This document shows positions 23,914 to 36,100 of a stretch of DNA of 64,000 bases, piece by piece. The notes below the pieces were generated by a model. That model saw only the letters and a list, made by a program, of their open reading frames with translations. It was not told the DNA's origin and made no database searches. A program made the translations under genes and the position numbers. Numbering within the stretch: the first letter of the stretch is position 1; every line of letters starts with the position of its first letter. Source of the stretch: Pristiophorus japonicus (taxonomy: Eukaryota); assembly GCF_044704955.1 (NCBI RefSeq), contig NC_091984.1:147064001-147128000 (forward strand). Direction: 5' to 3'.

Positions 23914-26900
23914 GGGGGATAAATTCGATCGGCCCTGCAAACATGCGCGAGGATCACGATGCGGGATTAACCCACGCCCATAGCTCCCGATGCAGGCAGC
24001 AGGCCAAATTTGTGCTGCCTGCTAACCAACATGATTTTTGCGCGCACCCAGCACTAACTGTGCTGTTGAGTGGCTACAGGCCTCAGCGGCCGGGGCCCAA
24101 GGTTGTGTGAGGCTGGCACCAGTTAAAGCTGGCCTGCACCTCTTAATGGACAAGTAAAATGTGTCTGGAGCAGGTGCTGGAAGTGGCTGTGGACGACATT
24201 CTGACCTGGACCAAGACGTACTGATGACACAACAGGGGAGAGAGCTGGCTCCAAGATCCTCCAGCGCTGCACTGAAGGCCTTGGGGGAGGAGGTGCAGAG
24301 GGGGAGAGATGTTCTCTACCCACACGGGGCGAGGAGGCTCCACCAGACAAACGTTTCGAAGGCAGTGAGACCAGGACCCGAGGACTGGGATGTAGTGCCG
24401 CCAAATGTTCAATGACCTCACGAGAGTGGTCAAGGTCGGTGAATTCATCTTCAAATGCCGTGTCCCACCAACTGCTCCACTAGTCTCACACATTGCTCAA
24501 TGTACCACACCCCCATCACCCACTACCAACAATCTCTAGCAATCAGGACTCATACACAAGGACAGAAGGTATAGGAGCAGGAGTGGGCCATACGGCCCCT
24601 CGAGCTGGTCCACCATTCAATAAGATCATGGCGGATTTGATCTTGGCCTCAATTCCACTTCGCCGCCTGTTCCCCATAACCCGTGACTCTCCTGTAGTTC
24701 AAGAATCTGTCTATCTCAGCCTTGAATATATTCAATGACCCAGCCTCCACAGCTCTCTGGGGCAGAGAATTCCAAATATTCACGACCCGCTGAGAGAAGA
24801 AATTTCTCCTCATCTCCATCTTAAATGGGGTCCCCTTATTCTGAGACTATGCCCCCTAGTTCCAGATTCCCTCACAAGGGGAAATATCCACACTCACAGC
24901 TTCACCTCACTCTCACACACTTAGATTCTGCTGCAAGCCTCACGCCCACATCTCACAGCTTGCACACACGGCCAGCTATTCAACCGTGACAGGCGCATCA
25001 CCCAAACACAGGGCACCACACTCACCGATATACTTCCCTCTCTTGCAGAGCAAGGTGGCCCAGAACCCGAGGCAGCAGGAGCTCAGTGGCGGGGGGCAGG
25101 CGCGCCCAGATGTCCTTATCCCCGTGGAGCATACGGTGCTCGCCATCATTGTCGTGTCCATCGCTGAGCTCGTGGCCAGTGGCGGGGCAGAACCACAAAA
25201 GATGATGATATGGCCGTACCTAATCCTCCTTCTCACATCCCACATCCCCCTCAGCGCACAATCCCTTCTGATTTACAAGCTGCAGATGGTGTAAAGCATG
25301 CCCCTCTTACATCGACCCCCCCACCACCACCCTCCCCGCACTGCAACCCTCCCCTTGTACCTTTCTCCTTTCACATACCCAGGAACTGCCACTTGGCCAG
25401 GCAGTGTTGGAAGAGCAAGAGGTGGAAAAGACAGAAGACATGATGGTGAAGACACACCGTCCCTCCATTTCACACTCACAGCCACCAGCTCAGATACTGA
25501 CACTGCGTGTAATGTAGAGGGTAGTGTAGAGGCGGGATCGGCACGTGGTGAGACACCAGGCACGAGGGGCATGCAGCCAGGGCAGGGGGCAAGGATGGCG
25601 CAGGTTCCAGCTCGCCGGAGGGTGATGTCACACACGGGTTCTGGTGTAGAGGACTCAGATGAGGATTTCGATGGGCGGGCTACAGAAGAAGGCTGATGGG
25701 TATGTACAATGAAATGCTTGGTGCATTGGGAACCCTGCCAGAAAGCCTGCGCTCAATGTCAAGAAGCACGGAGGAGTCGGGCACCAGCTTGGCACAGGGC
25801 TTTGCGCAGAGCTTGGAGTCCATCCTTTCCAGCACGGAATGGTGGCCCACTCCATTGGGGCCCTTGTGGACCCGGCCATGATGCAGCGTCTGATGGCCGA
25901 TGTCTCGGCTTCCATTGCAGCACAAGCAGCAGCCACCCAACGCCATGCAAGCTCAGACTGCTGCCTTCATGGCTACAGATTCCAGTGTTCAAAGGGGCTT
26001 GCAGGGTGTCACAACAGTCCAGCAATCTGCCCCCCGGGAATGATGCACCCCCTCCCCCCGGAGGAATGGCAGTGGCTCCGTGGAGCACAAACCTACTGTC
26101 CTCTCTCAGAAAGACAACATTCGTACACCCACAACTGCCACTCCACCAGTGTCGATGCTGTTGCCTGTCAGCCAGCCAGCCCAGACTGCTGCCGCCAAGG
26201 CCGAGGTGATGCAGTCAGCAGCCGGGCCTTCCAGGCCCAGAGCTGCTCGAGGTCGCTCTCCAAGGCCATCTCCAGTCTCCCCAACTGAAAGTCAGCAGCC
26301 TTCCAGCAGCCCTGCTGCATCCCCTGGGGTATCAGTGCATAGGAGCACTCGGACAGGCAAAGACACACACAAGGCAGACACCAAGGGAATGCACAGGGGG
26401 ATTAGTGGGCTTTTTGATGTAATATTGGATGCAGTGTCGCCCCCAACATCTGGCACCACTGCCCACAGAAGTTTCATGCCCTCAGACCACTGGTCAAGGT
26501 TAGGGAGAGCATCTTCAAAAGCCGTCTCCTACCAACTGCACCACTAACCTCGCACACTGCTCAATGTCCGACCCCCTGCCCCCCACAATCGCTCACGTAC
26601 CAACAATCTGTACCAAACACCAGGCACACCTCCCAGTCCCAGCCTCACCTCACCCCCTTGGAGAAGACGCTGCAGGCCATTCTTGGCAGGGGCATGGCTG
26701 AGCCCCTGGCCAGCGGCGGGGCAAAAAGGATACAAGATGCTGGTATCCTCGTACGTTATCCTCCTTCTCACGTCCCACTTCCCCCCTCAGAATTAGAATC
26801 GCTTCTAATTTACAAGGTGCGCAGGGTGTAAGCAGGCAGCTCTTGCTTTCCCGCCTCCCCTCACCACAACTCCACCCTTCCTCATTTCACACACCCAAAT

Positions 26901-28018
26901 CCAGCCTGCCCAGCCCACGGGTTACCAAGCAGAGGGAGAGGAGAGTGAAGGCACACCATCACTCGATTTCTCACTCCCAGCCACCCGCTCCTCAAGGTCG
27001 ACCAGCAAGGCCATCTGCAGTGTCCCCCACTGAAAGTCAGCAGCCTTCCAGCAGCCCTGCTGCAGCCCCTGGGGTAGCACTGCGTGACATCAGTACGATA
27101 GGCAAAGACACACACAAGACAGTGACTAATGGCGATCAGTTGATTTTTTGATATAGTATTGGATGCAGATATGGATAAAGTTGGATTGGAAAGTTTGCGG
27201 GTGCTTTTATTTCAGCATTGTGGCCAAGAGGACGATGTGATGGTCAGTAACAGAGGGACAGTAAGGTGTGGGACTAATGTTGAAAGGGGATTGGGGTTGT
27301 GGTCACTGGGACTGCAGGCAGATGATTCGATCCCAGATATCCCGGCCAGAAAGTGACTGTCTGGGTTGCCTCCTTCCTTCCACTTCCTCCTCCTCCCTTT
27401 GCGAGCAGAAGTTGGAAATCGGAAATAAAGGCAGTAAATGCTGGAAATACTCAGCAGGTCAGGCAGCATCTTGAGCTGAAACGTTAACTCTGTCTCTCTC
27501 CATGGACGCTGCCTGACCTGCTGAGTATTTCCAGCATTCACGGTCTTTCCAGAGATCTTTCTTTACCACCTGAGGCTTTGCATGTGTCCAGCAGCACCCC
27601 TTGCATTCCCTGCACACTGAAAAAACATTGAACATTTATTGCACTAAGCCACTACTTCCATAAAATATATTGTTTAAAACAGACCAGAGCTTAAATGCAA
27701 ACATACCTGAAAGATGTGTGCCCCGTTAAGAAGCACCAACTGCGTCTGTGCAGGGCTGCTTCACGCCTGCTTTTCTGCGTGTGCTTAGGGCAGGGCCATA
27801 TGGTGAGCGCAAACGCCTCAATTAACAGTCGTGACACAAGTCAGGCATTGGTGTCACCATCTGACAATCCACATTGTGAGGTGTGTGCTGCCAACGACAG
27901 CGGTACGGCCCTTACCAAAAATGATGGATGACGTGTCCCGGGTCGCAAGCAAGGCGGCCGCGATTATTTGAACAAAACCCTCTAAATGGCTGGTGCTAGA
28001 CCGGGGAAATTCTAGGCC
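23914..28018 (+). mobile_element. PIF/Harbinger-derived relic with spliced Myb/SANT-like ORF2 remnants (exons near 24224-24435 and from 25049); nested CR1 tail at about 24560-24890
   Basis: Translation LKALGEEVQRGRDVLYP...CRQMFNDLTRVVK|GT and AG|KVAQNPRQQELSGGG; homologous to 42.8-45.8 kb; TIRs degenerate. Confidence 0.65.
27437..27538. repeat. Palindromic MER6-like short element with perfect 31-bp inverted arms
   Basis: AATGCTGGAAATACTCAGCAGGTCAGGCAGC (27437-67) and its exact reverse complement (27508-38). Confidence 0.8.
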
Positions 28019-28024
28019 AAAGAA

Positions 28025-29605
28025 TCATAAGAACATAAGAAATAGGAGCAGGACTCGGCCATTTGGCCCCTCGAGCCTGCTCCGCCATTCAATAAGATCA
28101 TGGCTGATCTGATCCTGGGCTCAGCACCACTTCCCTACCTGCTCCCCATAACCCTTTACTGCATTATCGTTCAAAAATCTGTCTATCTCCACCTTAAATA
28201 TATTCAATGATCAGCCTCCATAGCTCTCTGGGGCAGAGAACTGAACAGATTTACAACCCTCTGAGAGAAGAAATTCCTCCTCATCTCAATTCTCAATGGG
28301 CGACCCCTTATTCTTAAACTCTGCCCCCTAGTTCTAGATTCCCCAATGACTGGAAACATCCTCACTGCATCTATCTTGTCGAGTCCCCTCAGAATCTTAT
28401 ATGTTTCAATAAGTTCATCTCTCATTCTTCTAAACTTCAAAGAGTATATGTGGAGCGGGCGGGGAAGTGGAGCTGACTCCATGATCAGATCAGCCATGAC
28501 CTTATTGAATGGCGGAGGGGCCGTATGGCCTACTCCTGTTCCTATTTCTTATGTTCTGATTAACCTGCTCAACCTTTCTTCATAAGTCAGCCCCTTCATC
28601 TCAGGAATCAACCTCGTGAACCTTATCTGAATTGCCTCCAGTGCAAATATATCCCTCCTTACATAAGGAGACCAAAACTGTGCACAGTACTCTCGGTCTC
28701 ACCAATACCCTGTACAGATGTAGCAGGACTTCCCTGCTTTTATATTCCATCCCCCTTGCAATTAAGGCCAACATTCCATTTGCTTCCTGATTACTTGCTG
28801 TCTCTGCATACTAACTTTTTGTGTTTCATGTGCAAGGACCCCCAGGTCCCTCTGTGTTACAGCATTTTGTAATCTCTCTCCATTTAAATAATAATTTGCT
28901 CTTTGATTTTTTACACTCGGTCCCTTCATATAAGTTATTACCATAGATTGTAAATAGTTGAGGCCCCAACACCGATCCCTGTGAAACCCAACTAGTTACC
29001 GTTTGCCAACCAGAAAATGACCCATTGATCCTGACTCTCTGTTTTCTGTGAGCTAGCCAATCCTCTATCCATGCTAATATATTAGCACCAACCCCATGTT
29101 CTCTTATCGTGTGCGGTAATCTTTTATGTGGCATCTTATTGAATCCCTTCTAGAAATCCAAATACACCACACCCACTTGTCCCCCCATATCCACCCTGCG
29201 CGTTACGTCCTCAAAGAACTCCAACAAATGTGTCAAACATGATTTCCCTTTCATAAAACCATGCTAACTCTGCTTGATTGAATTATGCTTTTCCAAATGT
29301 CCTGCTACTGCTTCCTTAATAATAAACTCCAGCATTTTCCCAACCACAGATGTTAGGCTAACTGGTCTATAGTTTGCTGCTTTCTGTCTCTCTTTTTTAA
29401 AAAGGGGCGTTATATTTGCGGTTTTCCAATCTGCTGGGACCTCTCCAGAATTCTGGGAACTTTGGTAGATTGCAACCAATGCATCCACTATCTCTGCAGC
29501 CACTTCATTTACGAGCCTAGGATGCAGGCCATCAGGTCCAGGGGACTTGTCCACCTTTAGTTCCATTATTTTACCGAGTACTTTTTCTGTAGTGATAGTG
29601 ATTGT
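28025..29605 (-). mobile_element. Decayed CR1 LINE with a small opposite-strand CR1 tail inserted at about 28449-28557
   Basis: RT-motif ORFs on minus; AAGAACATAAGAA tail. Confidence 0.88.
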
Positions 29606-29868
29606 TTTCTCAGCACAGAATCTCTCACAGCCAGAATCTCAGAACAGACTCTTCTTCAAAAGGGTTCCTGTTTAAGGGTTCACGGGATTCGGGGGCGGGG
29701 AGAGGGGGCAGTAGGACATTGGCTGAAAGGTCTGATTCTGTGAGTAGGACTATGTCAGGCTGGTGCTTGACTAGTCTGTGGGGCAGCTCTCCCACTTTTG
29801 GCAAAAGTGCCCAGATGTTGGTGAGGAGGACGTTGCAGGGTCAGCACTGAGCCTGGGTCCGCTGTCCT

Positions 29869-30068
29869 AGCCGGTCCGAGCTGCTGTTATTCTGCCTGAT
29901 TGGACGGTTATTATTAGAGACTCAGACCACAGCAGAAATCCCCCGTGCAAAAAATAACTGAAGAGACTGTCAGATCGGAAGAATGAAACTTCACCCACAG
30001 AGGAAGTGAAAGAGGGAGGTTGTCACAGCTGTACGTTTGTTAATGACACGGGAGAAAACTGTGAACCG
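29869..30068 (-). promoter_or_regulatory. Candidate B-cell enhancer/promoter module, copy 2 (inverted)
   Basis: Exact reverse complement of 16645-16844; GAGGAAGTGAAA at 30000-11. Confidence 0.55.
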
Positions 30069-30174
30069 GGCTCACAGACTAGAATAGTACAGCACAGAAG
30101 GAGGCCATTCGGCCCATCGTGCCTGTGCCGGCTCTTTGAAAAAATTACCCAATTAGTCCTACTCCCCCTCATTT

Positions 30175-33100
30175 TAAGAACATAAGAAATAGGAGCAGGA
30201 GTAGGCCACATGGCCCCTCGAGCCTGCTTTGCTATTTAATATGATCATGGCCAATCCGATCATGGACTCAGGTCAACTTCCCTGCTTGCTCTCCATAACC
30301 CCTTATTCCCTTGTCAGTTAAGAAACTGTCTATCTCTGTCTTAAATATATTCAATGACCCAGCCTCCACAACTCTCTGAGGCAGCAAATTCCACAGATTT
30401 ACAACCCTCTGAGAGAAGAAATTCCTCCTCATCTCAGTGTCCTCTACCGTAAAGACTGATACAAAATATTTGTTCAGAGTTTCTGCCATCTCCATGTTCC
30501 CCATCACTAATTCCCTGGTTTTGTCCTCTCAGGGACCAACATTTATTTTAGCCACTCTTTTCCTTTTTATATACCGATAGAAACTCTTGCTATCTCTTTT
30601 TATATTTTGTGCTAGTTTACTTTCATAGTCTATCTTCCCATTCTTAATCATTTTTTTCATCATTCTTTGTTGGCTTTTAAAAGTTTCTCAATTTCTGTCC
30701 TTCCACTAGTTTTGGTCACTTTGTATGCCCTTGTTTTTAATTGGATACCATCCTTTATTTCTTTAGTTAGCCACGGATGGCTATCTTTTCTTTCACACCA
30801 TTTCCTCCTCACTGGAATATATTTTTCTTGAGAGTTGTGAAATATCTCCTTATATGTATGCCATTGTTCATCAGCCGTCCTACACTTTAATCTATTTTCC
30901 CAGTCCACTTTCGCCAAATCTGACCTCATACCTTTGTAGTCTCCATTATTTCAGCTTAGTACGCCAGTTAGAGATCCATCTTTCTCACCCTCAATCTGAA
31001 TTTGAAATTGAACCATGTTATCCTCACTCAGTCCAAGGGGATCCTTTACTCGGAGATTGTTTATTAATACTGTCTCATTATACAGGACCAGATCTAAGAT
31101 AGCCTGTCCCCTGGTTGGTTCCATTACATACTACTCAAGGAACCCGTCCCTTATGCACTCTATGAACTCTTCCTCAAGACTACCCTGATCAATTTGATTT
31201 ATCCAATCAATGTGGAGGTTAAAATCACCCATAATTATTGCTGTTCCCTTTTTACAATCCTCCACTATTTCTTGCTTTATACTCCGATCAACTGAGTTGC
31301 TAATGTTAGGGGGCCTATAGATATGCCCACCAGTGACTTTTTCCCTTTATTATTCCTTATCTCCACCCAAACTGTTTCAACATCCTGATCATTTGAGCCA
31401 ATATCATTTCTCACTATTGCAGTGATTCCATCCTTTATCAACAGAGCAACCCCACCTCCTTTTCCTTTCTGTCTGTTCTTCCGGATTGTCAAGGACGCCT
31501 GAGTATTTAGTTCCCAGTCCTGGTCACCTTGCAACCATGTCTCTGTAATGGCTATCAGATCATATTCATTTGTATCTATTTGTACCGTCAACTCATCTAT
31601 TTTGTTATTTCGACAAAGAGCCTTTAAATTTGTTTTTTTACCCTTTTTATCTGCTTGTTTCCTCTCTCCTTCAAACTCACTTTCTTTATTTTTGCTTTCT
31701 AATTCCAGCTTTAGTCCCCTCCCTACTGAATCTATTCTCAGGTTCCCATCCCCCTGCCAAGCTAGTTTAAACCCTCCCCAACAGCACTGGCAAATGCTCC
31801 CCTCGAGGATATTGGTCCCGGCTCTGTTGAGGAGCAACCCGGCCGGTTTGTACAGGTCCCACCTCCCCCAGAAACGGTCCCAATGCCTCAGGAAACTAAA
31901 GCATCCTGCCTGCACCATCTCTCCCGCCACGCATTCATCTGCTCTATCCTCCTGTTTCTGTATTCACCAGCTCGTGGCACCGGGAGTAATCCGGAAATTA
32001 GAGAATAATTAGAGATTAAAGATTCTGAGAGAAGAAATTCTTCCTCATCTCGCTTTCACCTCAGCCCCCTAGTTCTAGTCTCCCCTATCAGTGGAAACAT
32101 CCTCTCTGCATCCACCTTGTAAAGCCCCCTCATAATCTTACATGTTTCGATAAGATCACCTCTCTTTCTTCTGAATTCCAATGAGTAGATGCCCAACCTA
32201 CTCAACCTTTCCTGAAAAGAAAATCCCCCTCATCTCTGGAATCAATCTAGTGAACCTTCTCTGAACTGCCTCCAAAGCAAGTATATCCTTTCTTAAATAT
32301 GGAAACCAAAATTGCATGCAGTATTCCAGGTGTGGCCTCACCAATACCCCGTAAAACTGCAGCAAGACTTCATTACTTTGATATTCCATTCCCATTGCAA
32401 TAATGGCTAAGATTCCTGACCACTTGCTGTACCTGCATACTATCCTTTTGTGTTTCATGCGCAAGTACCCCCAGGTCCCGCTGTACTACAGCACTTTGTA
32501 ATTTTTCTCCATTCGAATAATAACCTGCTCATTGATTTTTTTCTGCCAATGTGCATAACCTCACAGTTTCAAACATGATATACTATCTGCCAAATTTTAG
32601 CCCACTCACTTAGCCTGTCGATGTCTTTTTGCAGGTTTTTTGTGTCTTCCTCACACATTGCTTTTACTCCCATCTTTGTATCATCAGCAAACATGGCTAC
32701 ATTACACTCGGTCCCTTCATCCAAATCATTAATATAGATTGCAAATAGTTGGGGTCCTAACACTGATCCCTGCGGCACCCTAGTAGTTACGGATTGCCAG
32801 CCCGGAGAATGAACCATTTATTGTGACTCTCTGTTTTTTGTTAGTTTGCCAATCCTCTAGCCATTCTAATATATTACCCCAAACCCCATGAGCTTTTATC
32901 TTGTGCAGTAACCTTTTATGTGTCACCTTGTCAATTGCCTGCTGGAAGTCCAAATACACCACATACACTGATTCCTCTTTATCCACCCTGTTCGTTACAT
33001 CCTCAAAGAACTCCAGCAAATTTGTCAAACATGACTTCCCCTTTGTTATGTATTGTCCAGGTACATTAAATTTATAAGTGCAATGGTGCGCCATAGAGGA

Positions 33101-36100
33101 TGCTGTGGTGGGAGACCGGAAAGTACCTGCAAGACAGAGTCTAAAAGTCTGCCCACCACACCTGAGAGGCACTCTGGAGTCAGACAATAAAGGACTAAGG
33201 TCACAGCAGTTACTACACCAGACTGTGTGGAGTCAGTAATTTGAGTGCGACATACATCACATTGGCGACAAGGACACGGACGAACTTCATGCATCATGCA
33301 ACTATGGCTACTCTGGGCTCGTTAAAGGATTTTACAGTGGGAAATGATTGGGAGGCCTTTACGAAAAGGCTCGAGTGCTACTTCACAGCAAACGACCTGA
33401 CGGGGCACACGGACGCACTGAGAGAAGCGTAAGGCGATATTACTTTCCAGCTGTGGCGATGAGGTTTACTGTCTTGTCAGGGATTTGCTGGCACCCGGGA
33501 GTGCCAGGGACAAGTCATATGAGAAGCCGGTGGTACTCATTCGTGACCAACTTACGTGACCAAAGGAGAGCATCTTCACAGCCCGGTACAAATTCTATCA
33601 CCACTGCAGACCTGAAGGCCAGGATGTCACCAAATATGCTACGGACCTCAGGAGACTCGAGGCGCGATGTGATTTTGGCACACACCTTGAAGACGCGTTG
33701 CGAGACATTTTTGTTTTGGGGATTGGCCATGAGGGTCTCTTTCTCAAGCTGCTATCCACGGAACCTACAGTCACCCTGAAGCGAGCCATCACCACCAGCA
33801 GGGCGTTTATGGCCTCGACTTGCAGCACCAAACAGATGATCCACACAGTCTCGAACCCGGCAGGCACTGTCCACAGGATAGCGCCCACCATTAACAAACT
33901 GCAGAACGTGGCTCTGCCTGGGGCAGAGAGCACGGACCTCGAGGTCCTGGAACTCAGAGTCCGCTGAGGGGGGCTAATCGAGTAGCACCATGCTGGTGCT
34001 ACGGAGGAAGCCATGGGGCTCACCGGTGCAGGTTTGTGAAGTATACGTGCAATACCTGCCACACGAAAGGCCACCTTCAGCGTATGTTTAAAAGAGACAC
34101 GACTCACCGTGTGGCTAAGGAGATGGCAGAGGGTCCATTTTCCAGTGAGGAGCAGGCAGAAGAAGACAAGGCATTGTTTGGATTGTACACGTGTACCGAT
34201 GGTTCGGCCCCGGTGATTATGGAGGTCAAGATTAACGGAGTCCCAGTGAGTATGGAAGTAGATACTAGCTCGGGTCCATCGCTGATGAGTCAGGAAACTT
34301 TTGAAAAACTGTGGGTTAACCCAGCTGCACGACCCAAGCTGGTCCCGGTCATGGCAAAGCTGCATACCTACACCAAGGAACTGATACCTGTTCTTGGCAG
34401 AGCAGATGTGCAGGTATCTCACGGGGACGAGACGCACGGTTTACCTTTGTGGGTCATTGCAGGCGATGGGCTGCGCTTCTCGGCAGAAGGTGGATGGGAA
34501 GGTCCGTGGGAGCTGGGAAGACTTCACTCCTCCACAGACCGCTGTCCCCCGGGTCCCCAAAGAGCAGCACCGACTGAGCTGGAGAAGAAGTAAGCAGTTC
34601 ATCAGCAGCCTCAATTCCACAGGCCACAGCAACCCTGCAGCCCCAACCCTGGAAGAGCAGCTTTTCAACCCGGCTGCAGGAGTGGCGGCAGGTGCTGGAG
34701 AGGGAGCGGAGGCTCAGGAGAGGCAGCACCAGCGGCAGGAATGGAGGCTGCAGCGGCAGCGGAGGCTACGGAGGCGGCAGCTATGACTTGGGAGAACGCG
34801 ATTTCTTGGACAGATACAGGAGCCAGAGCAGATGAGGAGTCAGAACAGAGGAAACGGCCAGATTCAAGATCATGTTTTGGCTGTTTTCTTTCCTTCTTTC
34901 TTCATTATTTCTTCTTTTCCAGAGAGTAAAATGGCAGGCCAGCGAGCTCAAGATGGCGGCAGCAGAGCTCTGCAAAGAACAAAGGCAAGCAGTACAACTA
35001 AAATGGCGGCGCCCAAGGGAAGCCTCTTGGAAACCACAAGATGGTGTCTTAAAAGGGAAATCCACCCGGGAATCTTAAAAGGGCCTTACACCGTTGGCGG
35101 TCCCCACAAAGAGACTTTTGTAACGCAAGAGCGAGTCTAAATGAGCAATGTGAATGTAGGATGACAGATTTATGATAAGAGTTAATATTTTAATTCTGAA
35201 TAGTTACTGTGTTTAAAATTATGGATATGAATTACGAAAAGAGTTAATACCATGAGGTTCAGGTAAAAGGGATATGGACCCTTGACTAACATGACCAACG
35301 GACTAATGCGATTTTTGATTTAGCTGATTCATGCAATGGTTCAGTGGCTGCTAAGGCGACTACTTCAGCGCAGCCCATTACCTCGGGCAAAAAGGGGCTG
35401 TGTACAGCCACCGTACCTCACCCAGGTAACTGTTCAGTGTACCTGCAACCTTTTGACATAACATCTGTACCACATATTATATGTACCATACAAATGTACC
35501 ATCTATGTATACCTACTTTCTGTTGGAGGTTATGCTCGTGTGCTTTATCCACCATGTAAGGACTGCAAATACCACATGTGTACACCGAGTACTCCACATG
35601 GGGAGAAGAGGGAAGTGGATGGTCATGGACTCACACTCACAAATCAACCAGGACGAACAAGGCCGAGGTCACCGGCAATGGCTTTTGGAACTGGGGGGGA
35701 GAGTGAGTTGTTATGTATTGTCCAGGTACATTAAATGTATAAGTATAATGGTGAGCCACAGAGGGCGCTGTGGTTGGAGACCTGAAAGTACCTGCAAGAC
35801 ATAGTATAAAAGGCTGCCCACCACACCTGAGAGGCACTCTGGAGTCAGACAATAAAGGACTAAGATCACAGCAGTTACTACAACACCAGACCGTGTGGAG
35901 TCAGTGATTTGAGTGCTACATACATCACACCCTTCATAAATCCATGCTGACTCTGCCTGACTGAATTTTGCTTTTCCAAATGTCCTGCTACTGCTTCTTT
36001 AATAATGGACTCCAACATTTTCCCAAGCACAGTTATGTTAGGCGAACTGGTCTATAGTTTCCTGCTTTTTGTCTGCCTCCTTTTTTAAATAGGGGCGTTA

